Source: a bacterium
Lineage (GTDB): Bacteria > Omnitrophota > Gorgyraeia > Zapsychrales > Zapsychraceae
Assembly: GCA_030429765.1 (NCBI GenBank)
Contig: JAUIER010000002.1
Span: forward strand, 130,239 to 194,238
Direction: 5' to 3'
Length of the DNA stretch: 64,000 nt
The notes beneath the pieces were generated by a model, which saw only the letters and a program-made list of their open reading frames with translations, had not been told where the DNA came from and did no database searches. The stretch's first letter is position 1. Each line of letters opens with the position of its first letter. This document shows positions 36,899-47,579 of the stretch, piece by piece. The position numbers and the translations under genes were made by a program.

Positions 36899-38535
36899 CG
36901 CACTATATTGGGTTTATCAAACAAGGTTAGTAATACATTGAGTTCTTCTTCGTTCCAAATCCAAAACCGTTCCTGAAGGGCTTTGAGTTTGGTTTGATCG
37001 TCGGGCTTGGTCAAAGAAATCATCAGACATTTTTCAGGTTTCTGCATCAACTTCTTGGACTCGGCCAGTATGGCCGTTAAATCTGTCTCGACGAAACCTT
37101 CTTCCTTGAGAATAATCAACCAGGTGGAGCTGCTATCGGTGTTCGCCCGGATCACATTGATGGGCAGACCCGTTTTACCGTTAACCGTCGACGGCTGTAA
37201 ATCTTTGAAGATCGGCAAACGATACTTGCGGCCATTGATCTTCAACAACTCATTCTCGAAGCACGTCAGCAAGTCAACTATTCTCGAGGAGAAATCCTTG
37301 CCCGTAGTATGCTTAAACCGCTCAATACAAACGCTGAATTCATCACGGTACCGCTCCCGCTGTTTATCGGGCGTCAGGTCGACCTCCATAAGACGCTTCT
37401 GATAGACATACTGCAACCAATACTTAAAGAGTTTATCTTTGAAGTAGTGAATACGCCCATTCTTGACCACCACCCCCTCGACCTGCAGGCGGTTTAACTT
37501 CTGCGTTAATTGGGACTTGCTGATCTGCAAGACCTTTAACAAATCTTCCGATTTCTGATGTCCGTTCGCCAGCGCGATCAACAATTTGCAGACGATCTTG
37601 TTACCCTTCGTACTGCATAGATCATTGACAATCAGTTCAAAATGCCGGCTGATCACGCCCCAACGATCAAAGAGTGTGTTCTCGACGGCCTGGGTGACCA
37701 TCGGCATAAAAATCTCATCTTGCTGATGCAGTGCCTTCAGGCTGAGCAACTCCTTGGAAATCAGCGTCATGTAAAGCGGAAATCCACCAGTAAAATCGGT
37801 CAGAAAATCAATCAGGTGACCGGATATCTTGTGCCCCTCCAACAATTGCCCCAGAAACTGCTGACTATGATGCAGATCGAACGGCTCCAATTTAACCATC
37901 TCGAAATTACCAAATAACAATGACAGTTTCTCTGATAATATTTTCTTGGCCGCCTGCTTGTTTGAACTCGACAGACAGTACAAACATTTTTTCTGGGTCA
38001 TGATCTTGTTGCCCAGACTGGCAAACACATCCTGCACATCAAATTCTTCCAGATCCTGAAACTCATCAAAAAACAACACACAAAACTGACCGGATTCATT
38101 GGTATATATCTCCGGCAATGTCATGACACCTAAAAAGGCATCCGAAATCTTTCCCCGCTGAAAATCCGACTGTACACGCTTAACCACCTCGATCGTGTGA
38201 GGAATGTATTTCTTCGATTCCTCCATGAGCAGACTCAAGTCCTCATGCAGCGGCAAGTTTTTATTTTTCAGATATTCATACAACAGGCTGGCGCAGAACT
38301 TATCCAGAAAAAATGAGAAATCCTTATTTTCCAGATTCAGATAGACAGGCGTCACATCCGCGTCGTCGAGATGATGAATGAATTCCTTGAGAACGGATGA
38401 CTTACCGACATATCGATTTCCCAAAAACGCAATATTGTGCCGGTACCCTTCCTTCAGATCCAGCACACGCTTTTTTAAAAGGTCGAGCTCATCCTGCCGA
38501 CCATAGAAGAATTTTTCACAGTCCATATAGCTCAT
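36895..38535 (-). CDS. AAA+ ATPase of the archaeal-ATPase (ATPase_2/DUF234-like) family with winged-helix region
   Basis: FYGRQDELDLL...AFLGNRYVGKSSVL (Walker A), DEFQDL (Walker B); 546 aa. ATGA overlap with the downstream metallophosphoesterase gene. Confidence 0.6.
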   Translation of the reverse strand: MSYMDCEKFFYGRQDELDLLKKRVLDLKEGYRHNIAFLGNRYVGKSSVLKEFIHHLDDADVTPVYLNLENKDFSFFLDKFCASLLYEYLKNKNLPLHEDLSLLMEESKKYIPHTIEVVKRVQSDFQRGKISDAFLGVMTLPEIYTNESGQFCVLFFDEFQDLEEFDVQDVFASLGNKIMTQKKCLYCLSSSNKQAAKKILSEKLSLLFGNFEMVKLEPFDLHHSQQFLGQLLEGHKISGHLIDFLTDFTGGFPLYMTLISKELLSLKALHQQDEIFMPMVTQAVENTLFDRWGVISRHFELIVNDLCSTKGNKIVCKLLIALANGHQKSEDLLKVLQISKSQLTQKLNRLQVEGVVVKNGRIHYFKDKLFKYWLQYVYQKRLMEVDLTPDKQRERYRDEFSVCIERFKHTTGKDFSSRIVDLLTCFENELLKINGRKYRLPIFKDLQPSTVNGKTGLPINVIRANTDSSSTWLIILKEEGFVETDLTAILAESKKLMQKPEKCLMISLTKPDDQTKLKALQERFWIWNEEELNVLLTLFDKPNIVR

Positions 38536-39227
38536 GGTAAATAGTACAGCGGGTTATCTTCTTTACTGCGTTTACGAATCTGAAAATGTAAATAAGCTAA
38601 TCGATCATCCTGACCGACGTGGGCAATCGGCTGACTTTGTCCAACTCGATCACCTAAAGACACCAATAACTGCGCGTTCTTGGAATAAACGGTAAAAAAC
38701 TCATCCGGATGCTCGAGAATAATCATGTATCCCTGCCCCGGCAAATAATCGGCAAATACCACCTCACCACTGCGCGCGGCGCGAACCACCTCCCCCTGAC
38801 TGGCCCGAATGTCAATGCCGCGGGACTTGACCCCGTCACGAATTTTGTGAAAATGGGTCAAAATCTTGCCTTTCAATGGCCAGATATATCCCTCACTTTC
38901 CTCGACACCCTCCGGCTCTGCGAAGACCGGCCGGACTTCTGTCGCGCCGGGAATCAGGATCAATTGATTCACCTCAATCTGCGCGATGTCAGGGATGTTG
39001 TTGGACTCGATGATCTCGGTAATCGTCACATCGTAGCTCTTGGCAATCCGCCACACCGTTTCACCTCGATTCACTTTATGGTAAATTCCCTGCGGAATTG
39101 GTGTGGTGACATAATTCTCCATGATGGGCATGTCATCCATGGGAACCGTTTCCAGCGTGGCGCAGCCGGAAACCAAACACGCCCCTAATAAACCCAACAA
39201 TATACTAGGACTTTTTTTATGATTCAT
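38532..39227 (-). CDS. LysM + M23 peptidase lipoprotein (NlpD-like murein endopeptidase)
   Basis: Lipobox LLGACLVSGCAT; LysM (YHKVNRGETVWRIAKSYDVTITEIIESNNI); M23 (HxGIDI..., GxxHLHF-like HVGQDDRLAYLHFQIR). Confidence 0.85.
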   Translation of the reverse strand: MNHKKSPSILLGLLGACLVSGCATLETVPMDDMPIMENYVTTPIPQGIYHKVNRGETVWRIAKSYDVTITEIIESNNIPDIAQIEVNQLILIPGATEVRPVFAEPEGVEESEGYIWPLKGKILTHFHKIRDGVKSRGIDIRASQGEVVRAARSGEVVFADYLPGQGYMIILEHPDEFFTVYSKNAQLLVSLGDRVGQSQPIAHVGQDDRLAYLHFQIRKRSKEDNPLYYLP

Positions 39228-39230
39228 GTC

Positions 39231-39884
39231 TTATCCTCTGACCGGATTTTCCTGTGTCATTTGCGCAACAAATTGTCGCGCCGATTTTTCAACATCCTCG
39301 GATTCGCTGACCGCCCGGCAAACCGCAACATGGGACACACCCAATGACTTCAACAACGCTAAGCGGTCCAAATCGATTCCGCCGATCGCATAGACCGGAA
39401 TGTCTAAATTTTTAACGACATCGCGCAGCAAATCATGTTCCATCGGATGACGATCCGGCTTAGTCAGGGTCTTAAAGACCGAGCCAAACCCGATATAATC
39501 CGCGCCCTGATCCTGAGCCAGATAGGCCTGTTCCATGGTTTGGCACGACGCGCCGATAATCGTTGATTCGCCTAATTCCCGACGAGCCGCTTCGACCGAC
39601 ATATCATCCTGCCCCACATGGACCGCGTCGGCTTTTAGTTCCGCGGCTAGGGCCACATCATCATTGATGACAAAAATGACATCGTCCGGCAATTGTGTCA
39701 TGAGGCGGCGGGAAAATGCCGCGATGTCAGACCGCTGGCCCCGCTTATCGCGGATCTGGAGGATTCTAATCCCTCCCTGCACCGCCTTAAGCGCCACATC
39801 CGACAACTCGTCGTAATCGTTGACCTGCCGGTCTAAGATCAAATAAACATTAGAATGAGCTAATAACGGCTTTTTCGAGCGCAT
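39231..39884 (-). CDS. thiE: Thiamine-phosphate synthase
   Basis: VYLILDRQ...LQIRDK..., ...IGASCQTMEQA..GADYIGFGSVF.T.TKPD; 217 aa. Confidence 0.85.
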   Translation of the reverse strand: MRSKKPLLAHSNVYLILDRQVNDYDELSDVALKAVQGGIRILQIRDKRGQRSDIAAFSRRLMTQLPDDVIFVINDDVALAAELKADAVHVGQDDMSVEAARRELGESTIIGASCQTMEQAYLAQDQGADYIGFGSVFKTLTKPDRHPMEHDLLRDVVKNLDIPVYAIGGIDLDRLALLKSLGVSHVAVCRAVSESEDVEKSARQFVAQMTQENPVRG

Positions 39885-40266
39885 AAACTTTATATCTCAA
39901 TTGTTTGACCTGATTGGCCACCTCAGGCTCAAAAAGTTTTGAACACTCTTCAAGCACGCGAACCGATTCCTTAATACGCTGCGAGTTCGCGTAAAAAATA
40001 TCCCGCATATCCGAGCGTTTCATTTCCGACTCAGATGACGTTCGACCGACATCTTCGTCAATGGCCCGAGACCGGATTAAATCCGCGGTATTCAGCTGTG
40101 TGATCGCCGACGTCAGGTCATGCCGGCAATCCTTGTATGACCGGGTCCATTCGGCATTGTCAAAATAAAATCGGGACACATCTTCACAGACACGAAACGC
40201 TTCCTTGGCTCGGTTGTAATTGGCATCAATCAGCCGGTATATTTTTTGATCGTCTATGGGCTGCAC
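39850..40266 (-). CDS. Hypothetical protein co-transcribed with thiE (LIDANYNRAKEA motif)
   Basis: 138 aa; no confident family assignment. Overlaps the thiE start by 35 nt. Confidence 0.4.
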   Translation of the reverse strand: MQPIDDQKIYRLIDANYNRAKEAFRVCEDVSRFYFDNAEWTRSYKDCRHDLTSAITQLNTADLIRSRAIDEDVGRTSSESEMKRSDMRDIFYANSQRIKESVRVLEECSKLFEPEVANQVKQLRYKVYALEKAVISSF

Positions 40267-40739
40267 GTCGCTAAAATCTTCTCAATCACATTCGTTGTCG
40301 AACAATTCTTTTCAAATTTAATAAACTCGGCCCGCCCCCCATAGGATTTCACAAAATCCTCACCGACTATACCTTTGCCTTTCCAGTCGGCGCCTTTGAT
40401 AAGTACGTCGGGCCGCACACTTTGAATCAATTTCAAAGGCGTCTCCGCCGAGAAAATAACCACATAGTCCACACATTCCAGCGCCGCAAGTACACTTGCC
40501 CGATGACGCTGCGAATTAATCGGCCGCTGCGGGCCCTTGATCCGCCGGACAGAAGCATCGCTGTTCAATCCAACGATCAGCAGATCCTTGCCTTTTTTCG
40601 CTTTTTGCAGATAGGACACATGACCAAAATGTAAAATATCAAAACATCCATTGGTGAAGCCGACCGTCAATTTACGCTTACGCTTCTGGCTGAGGATCTC
40701 GACGATCTGCTTTTGAGATACAATCTTTGTCTGACTCAC
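40254..40739 (-). CDS. D-glycero-beta-D-manno-heptose-1-phosphate adenylyltransferase (RfaE domain II-type cytidylyltransferase)
   Basis: VGFTNGCFDILHFGHVSYL nucleotidyltransferase HxGH motif; 161 aa. Confidence 0.85.
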   Translation of the reverse strand: MSQTKIVSQKQIVEILSQKRKRKLTVGFTNGCFDILHFGHVSYLQKAKKGKDLLIVGLNSDASVRRIKGPQRPINSQRHRASVLAALECVDYVVIFSAETPLKLIQSVRPDVLIKGADWKGKGIVGEDFVKSYGGRAEFIKFEKNCSTTNVIEKILATCSP

Positions 40740-40743
40740 CGGA

Positions 40744-41316
40744 CTATGACTCGCTTAGTTGATCTTCCACTAATTCACATATGGTGTGATACATGCACAT
40801 ATGTGATTCCTGAATCCGCGCCGTCGTATTGGACGGCACATTCAGCAAAATTTCACATTCAGACGTCATCTGTCCGCCGCCGCATCCGGAAAACCCGATC
40901 GTCTTAAGCCCCTGTTCCCGCGCCTGCTTCAACCCGGCTATCACGTTTGCCGAATTTCCGCTCGTAGAAAAACCGATCGCTACATCGCCTGAACGTCCCA
41001 GTGCTTCGATCTGACGGGCAAAAATCATGTCGTATGAATAATCATTGCTCAAGGCCGTGATGATCGATGTGTCCGTGGTCAAGGCAATGGCGGCGAATGC
41101 GCGCCGCTCTTTCTGGAAGCGTCCCACAAATTCCGCGGCGACGTGTTGACTATCGGCGGCAGATCCACCGTTCCCAAAAAACAAAAGCTTGTGTCCATCC
41201 CGGATCGCGGCGGCCGTAACCTCAACCGCGTGCTGCATCGCTTGAAGATTGGCCTCAAGCGTCTGATTCTTTGTGGCACATGATTCGGCAAAGATTTGTT
41301 TGATTCGATCTTCCAT
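40744..41316 (-). CDS. gmhA: Phosphoheptose isomerase (SIS domain)
   Basis: LLFFGNGGSAADSQHVAAEFVGRF; 190 aa. Confidence 0.85.
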   Translation of the reverse strand: MEDRIKQIFAESCATKNQTLEANLQAMQHAVEVTAAAIRDGHKLLFFGNGGSAADSQHVAAEFVGRFQKERRAFAAIALTTDTSIITALSNDYSYDMIFARQIEALGRSGDVAIGFSTSGNSANVIAGLKQAREQGLKTIGFSGCGGGQMTSECEILLNVPSNTTARIQESHMCMYHTICELVEDQLSES

Positions 41317-41322
41317 TATTTC

Positions 41323-42354
41323 CTACTCGGCAAAAACCTTGGCGATGCTGTAGATGTCGTCCTCGATGGCTTTGTGCTTGCTGACCGCCTCTTCGATCGC
41401 AACGGCATTAATCTTGTTTTCACGGATACTTACCATTGTCCCGTAGCGCTGCTGTTTGATCAATTCCACCGCGTGAAATCCGAAACGCGTACCGATAATC
41501 CGGTCAAAGGCCGTTGGCGTTCCGCCCCGCTGAATATGACCCAAAACACTCACGCGCGTTTCGTAGCCTGTCTTGTCCTCGATCAGATCGGCCACCAGCT
41601 CGCCGACACGGCTGACCCGATGGTTCTTTCGATTCTCTTCCTGCTCAATGCTATTCGAATGCCCGACAATCTCAGCGCCTTCGGAAACGACGATAATACT
41701 GAACGTCTTCCCTCGTTTGTGACGTTCACGCAGCGAATCGCATACCTGTTCGATATTAACCGGAAACTCGGGAACCAGAATAATGTCAGCACCGCCGGCA
41801 ATCCCCGCCTCGAGCGCAATCCAACCCGTGTAACGCCCCATGACTTCAATAACAATAATCCGATGATGACTTTCGGCCGTCGTGTGAAGCCGATCGATAC
41901 ATTCGGTGGCGATGTTAACCGCCGTGTCAAATCCAAACGCATAATCCGTTCCCGTCAGGGAATTGTCAATGGATTTGGGAACACCAATGATCGGCAGCTG
42001 ATGCTTGTTGTATAGGTCCAATCCGATCTTTAGGGTATCTTCTCCTCCAACCGCAATGATCGCGTCGATCCCGCTTCGCTTAAAATTCTCCGCCATCTTA
42101 CTCATCAGTTCGTCACCCAGCGGCGGAATAATCCGGCTGGTGCCGAGAATCGTTCCCCCTCGATCCAGAATGCCGGAAACAATCTGCAGGTCAAGCACCT
42201 TCATATTATTGTCAGCCAGCCCCATCCAGCCGTTCTTGATTCCTGTCACGACGTACTCTTCGGCCACTGCTTTACGAACCACGGCCCGGATTACAGAGTT
42301 CAGTCCCGGGCAATCAGCTCCGCCGGTGAGTATCCCAATTTTTTTCATAGTCAC
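41323..42354 (-). CDS. 6-phosphofructokinase (possibly PPi-dependent type)
   Basis: GILTGGADCPGLNSVIRAVV, GGEDT, PKSIDNSLTGTD, MGRYTGW; 343 aa. Confidence 0.9.
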   Translation of the reverse strand: MTMKKIGILTGGADCPGLNSVIRAVVRKAVAEEYVVTGIKNGWMGLADNNMKVLDLQIVSGILDRGGTILGTSRIIPPLGDELMSKMAENFKRSGIDAIIAVGGEDTLKIGLDLYNKHQLPIIGVPKSIDNSLTGTDYAFGFDTAVNIATECIDRLHTTAESHHRIIVIEVMGRYTGWIALEAGIAGGADIILVPEFPVNIEQVCDSLRERHKRGKTFSIIVVSEGAEIVGHSNSIEQEENRKNHRVSRVGELVADLIEDKTGYETRVSVLGHIQRGGTPTAFDRIIGTRFGFHAVELIKQQRYGTMVSIRENKINAVAIEEAVSKHKAIEDDIYSIAKVFAE

Positions 42355-42369
42355 TCCTTGAGCTAAAAT

Positions 42370-42996
42370 CTAGGCTTTATATCCTTGGTAAGGGACAATC
42401 GGTTCCTTGTCGGTTGGCTCGGCCGGTTCAGCCCCTTTTTCTGACTTATCGATGCGCTGCTTGAACGGCTTGGGATGTATCTTTCCCACATAGACGTTTA
42501 CATCTACGGCTTGATCTTCACCAATGGTGTTCTTGACTTGCTTTAAGACTTGACTCTGGACGCGGGCTGTGACTTCTGGGATGTTGAGGTCGGACTTGAG
42601 GACAAGAGGAACTTTAATATGAAGACCTTTGGACGTTGACATCATCACCGGTTTGACATCCTTAATCTCAATGAATTGCATCAGTGTCCGACGGATCATG
42701 TCTTCCATGGCAAATAAGGAGACCGTCACCCGTCCGTTGGGATTGTCGAATGCGATGATTTTGTCCCGTCGAGGATTGACGGAAATAAGACGCCAGAACA
42801 TGTAGTTGAAGACGATCAAGAGACCGCCGGCTGTTCCGGCCAGATACTTCAGATTTTCATCCCCGTAAATCAAATATCCTAAATTCACCAGGTAATGAAA
42901 ATATTTGACATCAATAGCCATCAGAATGACAAAAGCTCCGATGAACATCACAAATGTCAGATAAAACAAAACACTCAATCGGCGTAAGAATCCCAT
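42370..42996 (-). CDS. Asp23/Gls24-family protein with N-terminal TM segment
   Basis: Position directly downstream of accBC (as yqhY in Firmicutes); ...VTVSLFAMEDMIRRTL..., 208 aa. Confidence 0.6.
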   Translation of the reverse strand: MGFLRRLSVLFYLTFVMFIGAFVILMAIDVKYFHYLVNLGYLIYGDENLKYLAGTAGGLLIVFNYMFWRLISVNPRRDKIIAFDNPNGRVTVSLFAMEDMIRRTLMQFIEIKDVKPVMMSTSKGLHIKVPLVLKSDLNIPEVTARVQSQVLKQVKNTIGEDQAVDVNVYVGKIHPKPFKQRIDKSEKGAEPAEPTDKEPIVPYQGYKA

Positions 42997-43117
42997 ATCT
43001 TTCTCCCCTCCACACAGACTGCAATCCGGCTGATGTGTGGCTTACTGATTATTTGTCGTATTCCGTTACACGATAGGTTCTAACGCAATATGTCGTATCC
43101 GCTGATTTCTTGTCGCA

Positions 43118-44473
43118 TTAAGTATCAATGTCCCGCCGGAAGGATTTCTCTAAGAAGTCTGTCGTCGCTTTTCCTTCCAGGAACACCTGATTCTTTAAAA
43201 TCTCTAGATGAAGGCCCGCCGTGGTCTTGATGGGACTGGCATAAAACTCCTGCAGGGCGCGCTTCATAATCTGAATGGCTTCGTCCCGGTCCCGTCCGTA
43301 AACGATCAGTTTTCCGACCATGGAATCATAGTAAGGACTAATCCTGTATCCGGGATAAATGTGCGTGTCGTTGCGGACCCCCGGTCCCCCCGGCAGGTTT
43401 AACTCCTCGATGGTCCCCGGCGATGGGATAAAATTATTGTCGGGATCCTCGGCGTTAATTCGGCACTCGATCGATGCGCCGGTGATCTTGACATCTTCCT
43501 GTCTGATCCGAAGCTTGTCACCGTTCGCGATATAGATCTGTTCCTTGATCAAATCCACACCCGTCACCATCTCGGTGACCGGATGCTCGACCTGAATACG
43601 CGTGTTCATCTCCATAAAATAAAATTCACCGGACTTGTCCAGCAGAAACTCGATCGTCCCCGCCCCCTCATAATCGCAGGCCTTGGCCGCTTTGACGGCC
43701 GCATCACCCATTCGTTTTCTTAGTTTAGGATCCAACGCCGGTGACGGAGCCTCCTCCAATAACTTCTGATGCCGTCGCTGAATACTGCAATCACGTTCTC
43801 CCAGATGGATCACGTTGCCATGACTGTCCGCCAGCACCTGAAACTCTACGTGACGCGGATCTTCAATATACTTTTCGATATACACATCGGGATTACCGAA
43901 ATTCGCCTCAGCTTCATTCTGGGCAATATTAAACGAGCTCGCCAGCGTGACATCATTGTGACACACACGCATCCCCTTGCCGCCACCGCCGGCCGAGGCC
44001 TTTACGATCACCGGATACTTGATCTTCTTCGCGACCTCCAGGGCCTCTTCCTTGCTCTTGATGACACCCTTGCCGCCCGGTGTTTGCGGAACGCCTGATT
44101 TCTGCATCGTGGCCTTGGCCGTAATTTTGTCCCCCATCATGCGAATGGTCTTGGGACTTGGTCCGATAAATTTGATCTGACACGATTCACAAATCTCGGC
44201 AAAATGTGCATTCTCGGCGAGAAATCCATAACCCGGATGAATCGCCTCAACGTCCGTCACTTCGGCCGCCGAGATAATCGCCGGAATATTGAGATAGCTG
44301 TCAGCACTGGCCGCGGGACCTATACAAACGGCCTCGTCGGCGAAACGTACATGCAGCGAATCACGGTCAGCTTCTGAATAAACCGCTACGGTCTGAATGT
44401 TAAGTTCACGGCACGCCCGGATGATTCTAAGGGCAATTTCTCCACGGTTGGCGATGAGAATTTTAGAAAACAT
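43118..44473 (-). CDS. accC: Acetyl-CoA carboxylase biotin carboxylase subunit
   Basis: [21 protein letters not shown]..., ATP-grasp, [14 protein letters not shown]. Confidence 0.95.
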   Translation of the reverse strand: MFSKILIANRGEIALRIIRACRELNIQTVAVYSEADRDSLHVRFADEAVCIGPAASADSYLNIPAIISAAEVTDVEAIHPGYGFLAENAHFAEICESCQIKFIGPSPKTIRMMGDKITAKATMQKSGVPQTPGGKGVIKSKEEALEVAKKIKYPVIVKASAGGGGKGMRVCHNDVTLASSFNIAQNEAEANFGNPDVYIEKYIEDPRHVEFQVLADSHGNVIHLGERDCSIQRRHQKLLEEAPSPALDPKLRKRMGDAAVKAAKACDYEGAGTIEFLLDKSGEFYFMEMNTRIQVEHPVTEMVTGVDLIKEQIYIANGDKLRIRQEDVKITGASIECRINAEDPDNNFIPSPGTIEELNLPGGPGVRNDTHIYPGYRISPYYDSMVGKLIVYGRDRDEAIQIMKRALQEFYASPIKTTAGLHLEILKNQVFLEGKATTDFLEKSFRRDIDT

Positions 44474-44487
44474 AGAGTTGGTTAGTA

Positions 44488-44940
44488 TTAAACTGGTTCA
44501 ACGGTAAATAGCGCCTGGCCAAACTCTACCGGCTGAGCGTTTTCAATCAGAACTTCGGAGATCTTGCCTCTGACTTCAGACTTAATCTCATTCATCAGCT
44601 TCATCGCTTCAACGATACAAACAACCTGTCCGACCTCAACGACCTGACCAGCCTCCACAAACGGCGGAGATTCCGGCGACGGAGAACGGTAAAAAGTTCC
44701 GACCATCGGAGATTTGATTTCATGGTTATTATTTCCGGATGATGTGGCGGGTGCATCCGTGCTGGGTTGGGAGGGTTGAACTTCTGTTCGAAAGACCGGC
44801 GGGGCCTGATGAACCACTTCGGCTATTTCGGCGGCTGACTTTTTAAGCTTGATCTTAGTTCCTTCTCGTTCGACTTCAATCTCGGCTAAATCGTTTTCGT
44901 TCATGAGATTGATCATTTCGCGAATCTCTTTTAAGTTCAT
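44488..44940 (-). CDS. accB: Biotin carboxyl carrier protein
   Basis: C-terminal biotinyl domain with EAMKLMNEI. Confidence 0.9.
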   Translation of the reverse strand: MNLKEIREMINLMNENDLAEIEVEREGTKIKLKKSAAEIAEVVHQAPPVFRTEVQPSQPSTDAPATSSGNNNHEIKSPMVGTFYRSPSPESPPFVEAGQVVEVGQVVCIVEAMKLMNEIKSEVRGKISEVLIENAQPVEFGQALFTVEPV

Positions 44941-45503
44941 GTCTTGACCCTTTCGACATAAGTTCCGGTGCGAGTGTCTATCTTGACCTTATCGCCGATA
45001 TCGATAAACAATGGAACTTGAATTGTGGCCCCCGTATCAATTGTGGCGGGCTTGTTTCCGGCCTTGGATGTATCCCCTCTGAATCCCGGTTCGGTATGAG
45101 TGATTTCCGATATGATAAAAATCGGCAAATCCACTTTCAGGAGCTCGTCTTGATAAAACATTCCTGAGACTTCGACATTGTCCTGTAAAAAATTAACAGA
45201 ATCTCCGAGGAGATCCTTGGACACCACAACCTCTTCAAAGGTTGTATTGTCCATGAAGTGATAATTATCACCACTTTCGTATAAATTCTGCAGCTTACGC
45301 TCTTCGAGATCGGCTTCTTCAACTTTATCGGCCGGTTTAATCGTTCGGTCCAGCGTCTGCTGGGTCCGGACATTCTTGAGCTTGACCTTGGCAAAGGCCC
45401 CGCCCTTACCCGGCTTGACATGCTGACTATCGATAACGATAAAGATGTTGCCGTCGATGATTAATCCGATACCTGACTTGATTTGATTAATTGATATGCC
45501 CAC
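44937..45503 (-). CDS. efp: Elongation factor P
   Basis: 188 aa; ...KPGKGGAFAKVKLKNV... Confidence 0.9.
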   Translation of the reverse strand: MGISINQIKSGIGLIIDGNIFIVIDSQHVKPGKGGAFAKVKLKNVRTQQTLDRTIKPADKVEEADLEERKLQNLYESGDNYHFMDNTTFEEVVVSKDLLGDSVNFLQDNVEVSGMFYQDELLKVDLPIFIISEITHTEPGFRGDTSKAGNKPATIDTGATIQVPLFIDIGDKVKIDTRTGTYVERVKT

Positions 45504-46539
45504 TTATAACTTCATATCCTTTCTTTTTGACCAGGACCATCTCCTCAAGCCGAATTCCGAACTTGTGCGGAAAGTAAACCGCCGGCTCGATGGTGACAAG
45601 CATCCCCGCCCTGAGCGGCCTTCGAACCGTATGGTGAAGCTTCGGCCCTTCATGTATCTCCAGGCCAACCCCATGTCCGAGCGCATGGCCAAAATATTTG
45701 TCTAACTTTTTACTTTTCAGATAGTTACGAGCCGCCTCGTCGACGACAGCAATCTCAACTCCGTCCCGAATGCATTCAATCGCCCGACGCTGTGCCTCGG
45801 CCACATGATCCCTCGCATCCTTGACAAGATTGGATATTTTACCCAAAAAAAACATACGTGTCAAGTCGGTCTTGTACCCCTTAAAATCCACCCCCATATC
45901 CAGTAGGACAGGTTCATTATTCTTTATTTTTCTAGGACTTACGTGCGCGTGAGGATAACTGGAATTGGGGCCGGACGCCACGATTGGGGGGAAGGAAAAC
46001 CCCACATCCCGAAGCCTGGTAAACCCCTCCAACCGCTTCAAGATCTCGACCTCCGAAACGCCGGGTTTAATGAATTTTTTGATGTATTTCAGGGCCTGCT
46101 GATGGATGTCCAGGCCGGCCCGAACCAGGTTCAACTCGGTCGTCTCCTTGATTTCGCGTAACGACTCCACCAACTGATTGGCCGCGACCAATTTGACAGA
46201 CTTGGGACACCTTTGCTTGAGCCCCTTAAAGCGTGAAAGGGTCCAATGGCATTCATCATACCCCAGTGTCTTGACACTATGCTTGGCGGCCAACTCAAAG
46301 ACTGTATCAAAAATCGACACCGCATACTGAATAGCCTGAATACGCCGCAAAGATTTGCGGACCTCATGAATGTATCGGAAATCGGTAATGTAAAATGTTT
46401 TATTAGGCGTGACCAGCAGCCAGGACTCGCTGGCATTAATCCGGCTCAGGTAGGAGACGTTGATATCATCCGTCACAAGCAGTCCATCGATTTTCCTGAC
46501 GGCTAGTTGTTCCTGGAGTTTTTTGATTCGCGAATTCAT
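45487..46539 (-). CDS. Xaa-Pro aminopeptidase (M24B)
   Basis: HALGHGVGLEIHEGP, pita-bread fold motifs; 350 aa. Confidence 0.85.
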   Translation of the reverse strand: MNSRIKKLQEQLAVRKIDGLLVTDDINVSYLSRINASESWLLVTPNKTFYITDFRYIHEVRKSLRRIQAIQYAVSIFDTVFELAAKHSVKTLGYDECHWTLSRFKGLKQRCPKSVKLVAANQLVESLREIKETTELNLVRAGLDIHQQALKYIKKFIKPGVSEVEILKRLEGFTRLRDVGFSFPPIVASGPNSSYPHAHVSPRKIKNNEPVLLDMGVDFKGYKTDLTRMFFLGKISNLVKDARDHVAEAQRRAIECIRDGVEIAVVDEAARNYLKSKKLDKYFGHALGHGVGLEIHEGPKLHHTVRRPLRAGMLVTIEPAVYFPHKFGIRLEEMVLVKKKGYEVISGHIN

Positions 46540-46579
46540 ATATGCTGAACGTCAATCAAACTTCGGCCGAGACCGAGGT

Positions 46580-47017
46580 TTAACTGATCAATTTGACAAT
46601 AGCGGTTAAGCCCAAATAATAACTGTTCACGCCAAACCCGCTAATCTGACCGTGGCAAACCGGCGCACTTAACGAGGTGTGGCGAAACTCCTCCCGGGCG
46701 TAAATATTGGACAAGTGCACCTCGACAGCCGGAATCTTCACCGCGGCAATAGCGTCCCGGATCGCCACACTGGTATGCGTGTAAGCAGCCGGATTGATCA
46801 AGATCCCCGAAGCACCGCTGTGGGAGACCGATCCGATCTTGTCGACAATCTCTCCCTCGTGATTGGACTGAAAGATATCCAGCTCAACCTGCAAATCCGC
46901 GGCCTGACGAGTTAACTGCTCGTTGATTTGGTCCAGGGATGTGTCTCCGTAGACATTTTCTTCACGCTGCCCCAGCAAATTAAGATTGGGACCATGAATA
47001 ACTAGAATCTTTTTCAA
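46580..47017 (-). CDS. aroQ: 3-dehydroquinate dehydratase type II
   Basis: [19 protein letters not shown]...; 145 aa. Confidence 0.9.
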   Translation of the reverse strand: MKKILVIHGPNLNLLGQREENVYGDTSLDQINEQLTRQAADLQVELDIFQSNHEGEIVDKIGSVSHSGASGILINPAAYTHTSVAIRDAIAAVKIPAVEVHLSNIYAREEFRHTSLSAPVCHGQISGFGVNSYYLGLTAIVKLIS

Positions 47018-47478
47018 GCCGAGCCCTCCGCCGGATTACCTTGCTCTTCAGCCTTGAGAATCTCTATAAATTTCATCTGCAACTCGTATATTGATGCGCC
47101 CAGCAAATTATCTTCCTGTTCGGATAGATTCCCCTTGGTCTTGTCCTTGATCATGATCAACGTGTCGATCAAAAACTTGGCCTGGTCGAGATTCTTTTCT
47201 TGTTTTTGTGTAACAGGATTAGGCATTTCACCGAGGAAAATCAGGGTTTGAAATCCCAGACTGGTGATGTAATTGATGAAATTGACTTCATATCCGTCGG
47301 GAGCGGCGGATTCACCCGATCCATCCGCCTGCGGCGCATTGTCCTCTTCAGACTTAATCGAATCCGGGATATGCAGCCCCGGACCATCCTCAGATTTGGG
47401 CGAATTTTCGCCAATTATAATCTTTTCCTGATTCGCACTTTCCTTCCAGGACTCGTCTACATGTTTTTCGTTTTCCAT
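47014..47478 (-). CDS. Acidic hypothetical protein, DUF1844-like
   Basis: ..[21 protein letters not shown]......[23 protein letters not shown].. ATGA overlap with aroQ. Confidence 0.45.
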   Translation of the reverse strand: MENEKHVDESWKESANQEKIIIGENSPKSEDGPGLHIPDSIKSEEDNAPQADGSGESAAPDGYEVNFINYITSLGFQTLIFLGEMPNPVTQKQEKNLDQAKFLIDTLIMIKDKTKGNLSEQEDNLLGASIYELQMKFIEILKAEEQGNPAEGSA

Positions 47479-47579
47479 ATTGCCTCTTTATCGTTCAACA
47501 CGGTTTGCATAAGATTAAGGGTTTAGAATATCACTTAAGGTCAGTATTGTCAATGAATTGCGGCTCGACGATAAACCGG

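Noticed and set aside
41296-42015. 239-aa plus-strand ORF
   Set aside because: Entirely antisense to pfk and gmhA, which both have strong family signatures. Typical GC-frame shadow ORF.
43020-43050. CCACACA…TGTGTGG inverted repeat between accC and the Asp23-like gene
   Set aside because: 17-nt loop and it is followed by the RBS rather than a U-tract. Probably not a terminator.
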